NCBI GenBank assembly: GCA_013416795.1
Contig: RQSC01000011.1
Location: forward strand, 236,721 to 300,720
Direction of reading: 5' to 3'
DNA length: 64,000 nt
Source of the DNA: Prasinococcaceae sp. CCMP 1430
Lineage: Eukaryota > Plantae > Prasinodermophyta
Shown here: one piece after another, positions 1-8,507 of the stretch
Layout: each line of letters starts with the position of its first letter
Numbering within the stretch: position 1 is the stretch's first letter
Notes under the pieces: generated by a model
What the model saw: only the letters and a program-made list of their open reading frames with translations
Told to the model about the DNA's origin: nothing
Databases searched by the model: none
Position numbers and translations under genes: made by a program

Positions 1-1026
1 TCGTGCCGCAGGGTGGCGCGCCGCAGCCGGCCGGCACTGGAAGCGGGTTCGTGTGGGATGACAAGGGACACGTCGTCACCAACTACCACGTGATTCGCCA
101 CGCAACGCGCGTTGCAGTGTCGCTGGGCGAAGGCACCACATCGGCAACCTACGAGGCGAGCCTCGTGGGCGTGGACCCTGACAAAGACCTCGCCGTCTTG
201 CGGCTGCGCGACGTGCCTGCGGGCGCGCAGCTCACGCCGCTCGACGTGGGGAGCTCGTCTGGGCTGCTCGTCGGGCAGAGCGTTCTGGCCATCGGCAATC
301 CGTTCGGGCTCGACAGGTCACTCTCGGTGGGCGTCGTCAGCGCGGTGGGCCGCGAGGTTCGCGGCGTATCAGGACGCACCATTCACGGCGTGGTACAGAC
401 CGATGCGGCGATTAATCCTGGCAACTCGGGCGGGCCATTGCTGGACTCGGCGGGGCGGCTGATAGGAGTGAATACCATGATCTACTCAACGAGTGGCGCG
501 TCGGCGGGCATCGGCTTCGCGGTGCCCGTGGACACAGTGCGGCGCAGCGTCAATCAGCTCATCAGACACGGCCGCGTGGCGCGCCCAGGTCTCGGCATAA
601 ATGTCTTCATGGGACCAGACGGCGCCATGGGATTGCCGGGAGTGCTCATCATGAACGTGCCTCCCGGCTCGGACGCCGCGCGAGCTGGCTTGCGAGGCAC
701 CGTCCAAGACAAACGCAGCGGCCAAACAGTGCTAGGTGCGCGCATGGCGCACACGCGCGCGCGTGGACGTGCGAGCGCAAATTTCGAACGCGCGCACCGT
801 GCGCCATGCAATTGCCCGGACTGACACTCGGGACGCGGCGCGGCCAGGCGACGTCATCACCGAAATCGACGGCGCTGCCATCAAGGGCACCGAGGATTTG
901 CTTAATGTGCTCGAGACCAAGCAGGTCGGGCAGACCATCCAGGTCACCGTGCAAAGGGGCACGATGCTGGCAAGCACCCGTCGGGTGAGCATCCGCCTGC
1001 TCGATGTCTCTCAGCCCGTGGACTGA
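1..1026 (+). CDS. Deg/HtrA serine protease with PDZ domain (5'-partial)
   Basis: TNYHVI (His), DKDLAVL (Asp) and QTDAAINPGNSGGPL (Ser) triad motifs. Removing intron 736-847 (GTGCGC..CCAG) gives VLG|DVITEIDG in the PDZ domain. Stop at 1026. Confidence 0.93.
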
Positions 1027-1125
1027 CCGCAGACGCGCGCGCGCCCGCGGCGCACGGTCGCGCGTGCGCTGGACGCTACAATTTTTGTTACAACAAATGA
1101 ACAAGCGGGCGCTCATTGCAAGCAC

Positions 1126-2595
1126 TCAAGAGATGATCAGCAGGAATATGCTGATGTTGACGCTCAGGCAGAGCGGCGCAATTACGTACGATGTGAAGAG
1201 CGTCGTCGACACGCTGCCCTCGTTGCGCTGCGCCATCGAAGTCATCATGACCACATTGTTCGCTGTCGGACAGCACGCTTCCAGTAGCAGCACGAGCTTG
1301 AACATTGGGTCGTTGTCTGGCAGGATCGAGGTGTATCTGCTGGTGGCGGTGACGAGCGCAATGGCGCACAGAGGCAAGAGCACCATGCGTGAGATTGCCA
1401 CGCCGGCAGCGAGGCGCAGCGGCACTGCCGTGTAATCAGGACCATTGGACAGGTTGGCACCGAGTAGAATCACGCTGATCGGAATGGCGGCTTGTCCGAG
1501 CGTAGAGACGGCCGAGAAGAAGACGCGTAGCGGGGCGCCTTTGACCACCAGCAGCCCATGCAGCGGCGTGGTGCCCACGAGCACACCCAAGACAACCGCC
1601 ACCACAGGCGGCGTGATTGCTCGCCTGACGAACTTGGCACAGTCCCGCGCGAACGACCGTGCCACCATCGGAGCGCGCCCCTGCACCGGCGTGGGCGTTC
1701 CCGGGAGCGCAAGGGTGTCGCTCGCAGTAGAGCCTTCGTGTCCTGCGCCATCCGCGAGCAAATGCACCTCCTCGAGCTGCTCTATTTCATCCTCATGGAT
1801 GACAAAACGGACGTCGGCGCTTTCTGTGGCCTGCGACCCCCCCTCTGAGCGCGCGTGTGCCAACCCCACCATCTCGAGGTCCATGTCGCTCTGCTTGCGC
1901 GTGAGCGCACGTTGGAGGCCGCCCGCGTCGCTCTCCCCCCAGTCAGCCTCCCCATCGCCGGCCTCGCGCGCGTCTGGCGCTCTCATGCTCTTGGCGCGGT
2001 GCTCGTTCGCCACAGTGCTCGCGCTGTCGTTGTCCTCGCTCATGAGCAGCACAGGTCCCACACTCCACAACAAGAAGGAGAATATGCTGAGATACGCTCC
2101 GACGTACGCGGTGCCCGCCGCCTCAAGCTCGGCCTCCGTGCGCAGCGACGCGCCCTCATCCCCGCCTTCGCCCGCGCCGCTTGGCTGCAGCAGCTCGGAG
2201 CCCATGTGAACGATTGCTTGCATGAGCACGACCGGAAGGTTGTTCGAGTTGCCCAGCGCGCAGGCGCACATGAGCACGCCGCGGAGCGCTCGAGGGGCCC
2301 GCGCGGCGTGCGCCAGCAGCCTGCCGAAGAGCGCGCCGAGTGCGACATACACCGTCGCCGCGAGTGGGAGCGGATAGAGCTTTATGGCGGTCCCGGCGGT
2401 CACCGACGTAGCGACCTGCGAGAAGAGGAAGCACGGCAGCGTGAGGCGGAACGTCACCTCGGAGAGCTTCTTGCGAGTCGGGCGGTCGAGCACGCCGCGG
2501 CGCGCGAGCATCAGGCCACCGGAAGCGATGAACATCACCTTGGCAACCGCGAGCACGGAGGTGAGAACTACGGACGACAGGCCCGACAGCTCCAT
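1126..2595 (-). CDS. PILS: PIN-LIKES (PILS)/auxin efflux carrier family membrane transporter
   Basis: Two TM bundles around a hydrophilic loop, with motifs CALGNSNNLP and LLLEACCPTANN. ATG at 2595 (MELSGL); the upstream extension of the listed ORF is low-complexity. No intron. Confidence 0.85.
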   Translation of the reverse strand: MELSGLSSVVLTSVLAVAKVMFIASGGLMLARRGVLDRPTRKKLSEVTFRLTLPCFLFSQVATSVTAGTAIKLYPLPLAATVYVALGALFGRLLAHAARAPRALRGVLMCACALGNSNNLPVVLMQAIVHMGSELLQPSGAGEGGDEGASLRTEAELEAAGTAYVGAYLSIFSFLLWSVGPVLLMSEDNDSASTVANEHRAKSMRAPDAREAGDGEADWGESDAGGLQRALTRKQSDMDLEMVGLAHARSEGGSQATESADVRFVIHEDEIEQLEEVHLLADGAGHEGSTASDTLALPGTPTPVQGRAPMVARSFARDCAKFVRRAITPPVVAVVLGVLVGTTPLHGLLVVKGAPLRVFFSAVSTLGQAAIPISVILLGANLSNGPDYTAVPLRLAAGVAISRMVLLPLCAIALVTATSRYTSILPDNDPMFKLVLLLEACCPTANNVVMMTSMAQRNEGSVSTTLFTSYVIAPLCLSVNISIFLLIIS

Positions 2596-3239
2596 TTCGC
2601 GCGGGAGGCTCGAGGGTCTGACGAGACACGCGCTGCGCGGGGCGGAGCGGCGCGCAGCGCGCGCGCGCGTGCGCGCGCCGCCGTGTGAGCCGTGTGGCGT
2701 GGCGGCGGCGGCGGCGGGTGCGCCGTGGCACCGCGCCGAACGCGGCGAACGCTCGCTCATGCCGGCGACACTGATGGATGAAATATATATTAAATGTAAC
2801 CACGGGAGACTTAAAGACATTGAACCCTGTACCAGAACGTGTACGTCATAATAAATTTAGAACACAAAAACCGTTATTATCGTCCGGTTGCGGCCCGCAA
2901 ACCCAAAATTATCCATGGAGGCGGACCAGATCAAGAACGAGTGGCGTAGAGCGGCCCACGCGCGCGCAGCGCGCGCGCGGCACGCGCGGGGAACAAAGTG
3001 CACGAGAGGGCGACGGAGCCGGGGAGAGCGGGGCGATGGGCGAGCTGGGCGCCTGAGAGGGGACTGGAAAGAGGGGAGCGGGCTGCCACAGTCCCGCACG
3101 GGCGCGTGGGGCGTGTCCGCGCGCGCACGTGCGAGCAAGCAGGAGCAAGGGTTGGGAGGGGGGCGTGGCAAGGGGAGGGCCGGGGAGGGGCGAGTGCTGT
3201 GCGCGGGCTGCAACCGGCGCGCGGGGCTGCGGCAGCAGC

Positions 3240-4607
3240 ATGGCGGCGGCAGCGGCAGCAGCGGCGGCAGCGAGAGTGCGCGCGCGGCCCGGAGCGCACT
3301 TGGTGGCGCGGAAGCGCGCGCAGGGGAGCGCGCGAAGCTTTCGCACTGCAGCGGCGACGGTCATCGCCGCGCCGGCAGAGGAGCCCAAGAGTGGCAACAG
3401 GTGCGCACCCTTGAGCAAAACACTGAAGCGCGAGCGCAAGTGCACGCGCTTTCTCGCACGTGCGAGCGCGCGATGTGCGCGAATGTGCCCGCTGCTGACG
3501 CGGCACGCTTGCGCCCGCGCACACGCCGGCACACGTGACCGCCTGCGCGAGCGCAGCGTCGAGTTCCCGTCCCTGCGCGAGCTGCGCATGGCAATCCCGA
3601 AGGCATGCTTCCAGCCGAGCACGGCGACGTCGCTCGCGTACGCCGCGTGCGACTTGTCGCTCCTGGCGGCGTGCGCGCTCGTTGCACGGCCGTTTGCGCT
3701 GGCGCACCCGGCGCTGCTGCCCTTGTACTGGGCGGTGAGCGGCTTGGTCATGTGGATGGTGTTCGTCATCGGGCACGACTGCGGCCACGGCTCGTTCTCG
3801 CGGAACCCCACGCTGAACGCGGTGGTGGGCCACCTGTGCCACACGCCACTCATGGTGCCCTTCTGGCCGTGGGCGTACAGTCACAAGATGCACCATAAGT
3901 ACCACAACCACCGTACGAGGGATATGAGCCACAAGTGGTGGACACGGGAGGAGTACGCCGACGTGCACCCGCTCGTTCGCGCTCTGGCGCTGGACACGCC
4001 GCTCGGGATCGTGACGGCCTTTCCGGGGTACCTGCTGCTTGAGGGGAAGCGGTGTGGCACGGACGGGAGCCACTTCTGGCCGGGAAGTAGGCTGTTTGAC
4101 AGGGCTCCAAAGGAACGCAAGAAGTGCGCCGTGAGCTCGGCCCTGTGCGTGGCGTTCCTGGTGGGCACTGCCTGGGCGTCGGGCAGCGCCTACGCATTCC
4201 TCGCTGGGTATGTGGGTCCCTACGCTGTCTTCAGCTGGTGGCTCTTCACGGTGACCTACCTCCAGCACCACGACGACGACACGATTGCGTATGAGGAGGG
4301 GGAGTGGGAGTACGTCAAGGGAGCCTGCCAGACAGTCGACCGCGAGTTTGGTGCCGTTATTGACGGTCTCACGCACAGGATCACGTCCGACCACGTGGCA
4401 CACCACATATTCAGCGACATGCCGCACTATCGCCTGCCCGAGGCGACGGCGGCCGTGCGCGCGGTGCTGGAACCGCTGGGCGTGTACAAGCGCCGCGATA
4501 CGCGCGACTACGTGCGCGAGGTGCTGCGCGTGCACGAGCGCTACGGCCACTGCTTGGAGAGCCCGCGGCCGCGCGCATTCGCGTTCGGGCCCCGCGGCGA
4601 CGAGTGA
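3240..4607 (+). CDS. Plastid omega-3-type (FAD7/DesB-like) fatty acid desaturase
   Basis: His boxes HDCGH, HKMHH and HVAHH, plus a GSHFWP motif and an Ala/Arg transit peptide. Exons 3240-3400 and 3557-4607 (156-nt in-frame intron). Confidence 0.88.
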   Translation: MAAAAAAAAAARVRARPGAHLVARKRAQGSARSFRTAAATVIAAPAEEPKSGNRCAPLSKTLKRERKCTRFLARASARCARMCPLLTRHACARAHAGTRDRLRERSVEFPSLRELRMAIPKACFQPSTATSLAYAACDLSLLAACALVARPFALAHPALLPLYWAVSGLVMWMVFVIGHDCGHGSFSRNPTLNAVVGHLCHTPLMVPFWPWAYSHKMHHKYHNHRTRDMSHKWWTREEYADVHPLVRALALDTPLGIVTAFPGYLLLEGKRCGTDGSHFWPGSRLFDRAPKERKKCAVSSALCVAFLVGTAWASGSAYAFLAGYVGPYAVFSWWLFTVTYLQHHDDDTIAYEEGEWEYVKGACQTVDREFGAVIDGLTHRITSDHVAHHIFSDMPHYRLPEATAAVRAVLEPLGVYKRRDTRDYVREVLRVHERYGHCLESPRPRAFAFGPRGDE

Positions 4608-4625
4608 ACGCCGCAAGCGCTTTGC

Positions 4626-4654
4626 ATTGAATTGAGTTGAATTGAATTGAATTG
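4626..4654. repeat. (TTGAA)n short tandem repeat in 3' region of the desaturase
   Basis: ttgaattgagttgaattgaattgaattga seen directly. Confidence 0.75.
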
Positions 4655-4903
4655 ACCTGTGGGCTGGGCAGAGAGCTTTTTTTTGAGAAAACGCGTCCAC
4701 ATGGTATCGTTGCGTCACGCGGCGGGGCTTTCGGAAATTCGAAAAGGGGGTAGCTTGGCGTGGCCCGCGTCAAAATGAAAGCGGAGCGCGCTGAGGTTGA
4801 GTCGCGCGCGCGGGGGTCTGCGCGCGCGCGCCGGGCGGGCGCAGCACACACTGCGGCGCCTGCGGCGGTGGGGCAGGGGCGCCGCGGGGAGCCGGACAGG
4901 TGC

Positions 4904-5261
4904 ATGACGTCCATGCTGCAGTCGTTCGCCGGGGCGTTCCTCGGCGGTGCCGTGTTGTCGCGCCCTGGCTGCGCGCTCGCGTTGGCGGCGGGAGTGGCCG
5001 CGGGGGTTTACTGCGAGCAGAACTACCGCGTCCCTGACGTGCAGGCGGAGGTCGTGAGGTGCGGCTCTTGCGCGCGAGCGCGCGCGCAACAAGCCCTCCT
5101 CTGCACGAGCTGCGCTGACGCACACGCGCGTGCTCCCCCCTCCCCCCTCGCACTTGCACAGGGCGTCTCGGGCGTTGTACGCGCTCGCGACGCAGCCTGA
5201 AGAGCAGCGCGCGTGGGCCGAGTGGGCGCGAGCCAGGGAGCGCGAGCTGCGGAAGAACTAG
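4904..5261 (+). CDS. Small membrane protein, STMP1/DUF4535-like (about 84 aa)
   Basis: Exons 4904-5058 and 5162-5261 give MTSMLQSFAG...AAGVAAGVYCEQNYRVPDVQAEVVR|ASRALY...RKN*. GVYxxQNYxVP resembles the STMP1 motif. Confidence 0.65.
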
Positions 5262-5332
5262 GCACGCGCGGTTCCGAGGCAGGACCCCGGCCGCCCCGGC
5301 TGCCGAGAGGCCCGTGCAAGAGCAGGCGGGTG

Positions 5333-6547
5333 ATGACGCGCGGGGCGCGGCACCTGCTTGTGACGGGCTCACCCGGCGTAGGGAAGACGACAGCGGTGCT
5401 CGCCGCCGCGCGTGCTGCAGCTGCTGCTGGGAAGACGATCGGTGGGTTTTGCACCGAGGAGGAGCGCAGTCGCCCCGATGGCCCGCGCACTGGCTTTGCG
5501 GTGGCAGCGCTCGATGTGTGCGGCTCACCAGGCGAGCGTGGCACGCTCGCGCGAGAGGGAAGGGGCCCGCACGCCGTTGGCAAGTGGGCGGTGGACGTCG
5601 ACTCCTTCGAACTTGCAGCGCTGCCCACGCTCACAGGGAGCACGCGCGCGACCGTCGACCTTCTGGTCATCGACGAGGTGGGAAAGATGGAGCTTTTCTC
5701 GACTCGCTTTGCGCCGGCCGTAGAGACGGCGCTGGACGACCACGCGGGCCCACGCGTTGTCGCCACAATTCCCACTCCCCGCTACGGACGCACGGTTCCG
5801 TTCGTCGAAGCCATCAGGGCGCGTGACGACGTCGCTCTCGTCAAGTTGACCAAGGCAAACCGCGACGCGGCTGCAGCCGCGCTTGCCGACGTTCTCACTC
5901 GGGCGCTCGATTGCGGGGGCGCTCTCGATATGGGCGCCCTCGAGCCCTTTCTCGACGATCGACCCGTGTTGGGGAAGGAGCAGCCCTCTGCGGCGGCGCA
6001 GAAGAAGGACGGCCCCGGAGGCGTGGATGCACCCATTGAAGGGGCAGGCCCGCTACTGCCTGGCGACACCGCGCCGCGAGTGCTGCTTCTGGGCGAGACG
6101 AGCTCCCCAAGATCGCCCGTGGGGGCTGAGTACTCTGAACGCAGCATGTGGCGCGTGCTTGGGCCAAGCCTGGGTGCCGGCAGCGACTACGAGGCTGCGC
6201 GCGCAGCCGCGTCTGCGAGCCAGATTGCAATCTGGGACGTGCTTTCCGAGGTCCATGACAAGTCGGCGCCGCGCCAAAAGCGGCGGCGCACGCTTGCGGC
6301 GAGCAACGCAAATGACGTCATCGGCCTGCTGCGCTCATGGCCCAGTATTGATACCGTGGCATGCAACGGCGCGAAGGCGTACGCCGCGTTCGGCGCACAC
6401 GCTGGCACGGGCGCCGCTCTCGCTGCGCGGCTAGGACGCACACGACCGCCCCGAGTGATTAAGCTACCCTCCAGCTCCCCGGCCAACGCCCGCGGCGGCG
6501 TCGAGGCCAAGATCGCCGCATGGGCAGATGCGCTGCGTAAGCAATGA
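5333..6547 (+). CDS. Fusion: NTPase_1 (THEP1/NTPCR-like) + UDG-superfamily DNA glycosylase-like domain
   Basis: N-half has LLVTGSPGVGKTT (Walker A), GFxTEE and LLVIDEVGKMELFS. C-half has IWDVL, NANDV, VACNGAKAY and LPSSSPANAR. Single ORF from ATG 5333. Confidence 0.8.
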   Translation: MTRGARHLLVTGSPGVGKTTAVLAAARAAAAAGKTIGGFCTEEERSRPDGPRTGFAVAALDVCGSPGERGTLAREGRGPHAVGKWAVDVDSFELAALPTLTGSTRATVDLLVIDEVGKMELFSTRFAPAVETALDDHAGPRVVATIPTPRYGRTVPFVEAIRARDDVALVKLTKANRDAAAAALADVLTRALDCGGALDMGALEPFLDDRPVLGKEQPSAAAQKKDGPGGVDAPIEGAGPLLPGDTAPRVLLLGETSSPRSPVGAEYSERSMWRVLGPSLGAGSDYEAARAAASASQIAIWDVLSEVHDKSAPRQKRRRTLAASNANDVIGLLRSWPSIDTVACNGAKAYAAFGAHAGTGAALAARLGRTRPPRVIKLPSSSPANARGGVEAKIAAWADALRKQ

Positions 6548-6691
6548 GGTACCGACACGGCCATGGGGTTAAGGAAGTTTGCGCCGGTGACCATGTATGC
6601 AGTCGGTGGGCACGAGGGCACAAGCACCGCATCGCGTCGCATGGCATCGCATCGCATCGAGTGCTGGAACTATTCCCCAGCCCGTGAGTCG

Positions 6692-7711
6692 CTACGAATC
6701 GCCCGCGTCTTCAAATGGCAGCTCGGACCGCACTGCTGCCTCGATGTCAGTGCACTGCTCCAACATCGGCAGTATAACGAACGGTTGCTCAATTTGCATT
6801 CCGCAGTCGTCTATGCCAAGGAGAAGGTAGGAGACGAGTACGTCCAGAGGTATCTCCTTCCACCCGAGCGTCTCGACCGTGGCGAGGGGCAGCGCGACGA
6901 GCCAGAGCATCAGGCTCCGACTGGTGTGCCTCGTGTATGTCAATGGAGTCGGCGTTTGCACGAGTCGCTCCAGTGCGGCGAGCTCCTCGTGCAGCGCGGT
7001 GAGGTCGTTGTCGATCAGGAGCACGCCGATGGGATGGACGCCAGCGGGCTCGAGCTCCGCCAGCTGGGACGAGAGCTCGGACAAGATGGCGCGCGGGGCG
7101 TTCCCATCGGGTGCGTCCAGCACGCGCGCGCACTCACCGGCGCTGAGGAGACGCCGCAGGGCCACCTCGCCTTCGCCTCCCTCGAGTCTCTCTATGCCCT
7201 GCGCACGTGCTTTGAGCGCCCACGGCAGCGCGGACAACAGCCTGCCCGTAGCCCTTCGCCGCTCCTCGTCGGCCGGGCCGCTCCGCGGGAACCACATGGC
7301 GCACTTGCGCGCGGCGTTGCGCGCGTGCGCCGTAACGCGCGCCATGCCGTCGCGCCCCGCGCAGAAGCGCGCGTAAGCCGAGTTGGTGCGAAACACCAGC
7401 AGCAAGCTCACGGCGCCGCCCAGCGTCGTGAACGCGCCGAAGCCCGCCGGCGAGAGCACCAGCAGCCCGTTGGCGTCCGGCCCGAGCGCGCTGTGCGCGG
7501 CCGCGACCGCTGCCGCCCAAGCGAATAGCCCAGAGCAGAGCGGCGCGATCCTGCGCGTGATGACCGACTGCGGCAGCGACCGGAGCTGATCGACGTAGCG
7601 GCGCGGGCTCTGGTACTGCTCCCAGTCGCCGCCGCGCGACGAGTCGAACGGGCGCGAGACGGACAGCTCGCCCAACGACAGCAGCTCGGCGTTCAGCCCG
7701 GGGTCGGGCAT
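6692..7711 (-). CDS. Bestrophin-like (UPF0187/BST) anion channel, probably plastid
   Basis: SLLLVFRTNSAYARF, LERLVQTPTPLTYTRHTSR and LLGIDDCGMQIEQPF. The true start is uncertain: the frame stays open upstream to about 7810 with transit-like composition but has no in-frame ATG. Confidence 0.85.
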   Translation of the reverse strand: MPDPGLNAELLSLGELSVSRPFDSSRGGDWEQYQSPRRYVDQLRSLPQSVITRRIAPLCSGLFAWAAAVAAAHSALGPDANGLLVLSPAGFGAFTTLGGAVSLLLVFRTNSAYARFCAGRDGMARVTAHARNAARKCAMWFPRSGPADEERRRATGRLLSALPWALKARAQGIERLEGGEGEVALRRLLSAGECARVLDAPDGNAPRAILSELSSQLAELEPAGVHPIGVLLIDNDLTALHEELAALERLVQTPTPLTYTRHTSRSLMLWLVALPLATVETLGWKEIPLDVLVSYLLLGIDDCGMQIEQPFVILPMLEQCTDIEAAVRSELPFEDAGDS

Positions 7712-8134
7712 GCGCGAGAGCGACGCGTCGCCAACGGCGGAGCCATCCCTGCCGGTGGCCGCCGCGCGCGGTGAGGCGCGCCGCGTGGCGTCCCGGCGGC
7801 CGCGCGCGGCCTACCGCCGCGTGCGCCATGCCCACGCGCGCGCCGGGCGCCCCCTTTGGCGGGGCGCGCGGGGGGAGTGGGGGTGACCTGCCTGCCAGGG
7901 TGCCTGCGTGCCTGCGTGCCTGCGTCGCCGGCCCGTTGGTAGGCGGGCGGGCGCACACGCGTGCGTGGGACTGGGGGCTGTGTGTGCGTGTGTGTTGAGG
8001 GGGGAGGAGGGGGACAGAGCCTGTGCTTGACCTGCGCGCGTATCTGCAACACGCATATCTACGCAACTTCAAAATTTCGAACACGCGACGTCGAATACCA
8101 TCATGGTTCCAATGTGTTCGCGCGCGTCACACAA

Positions 8135-8155
8135 TAGGGTTCTATGTTTAGGGTT
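8135..8155. promoter_or_regulatory. Telo-box-like motifs (TAGGGTT, TTTAGGGTT) in divergent promoter island
   Basis: Two telomere-unit motifs in the AT-richer island between the BST and VWA starts. Similar single copies occur at 12247, 21541, 28274, 36946, 53430 and 58857. Confidence 0.5.
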
Positions 8156-8507
8156 AACACCAACCAACCAACCAACCACCTGGCCCAGGGCCCGACGAGC
8201 GGGAAGCTGCCTGCCGCCGGCGTCGCGCGCGAGCGCGTGCCCCGCGCGCGCGCGCGCGTCGTGTGCGTTTTGATCAAGGCGCCGCTGTTCCTCCTGAAAT
8301 TTTTCTGGCGGTTCCCCCTCCCCCGAGCAAATCTGGCCGCAGGCCTAGGGAGGGGCGGCGTCGTGCCCCCCGGGGCCACACTGCGTAGGGGGAGGGCTCC
8401 CCCCTCCCCCCCTCTCCGTCTTCTGCCACGCGCACACACGCACCGCCAAATACGACCGACCCCCTGCGGGCACCGGCACCGTTCGCCTTCGTTGGCGGCG
8501 ACGAGCC

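Noticed and set aside
8135-8155. Interstitial telomere
   Set aside because: There are only one or two isolated units, not an array, so these are treated as telo-boxes.
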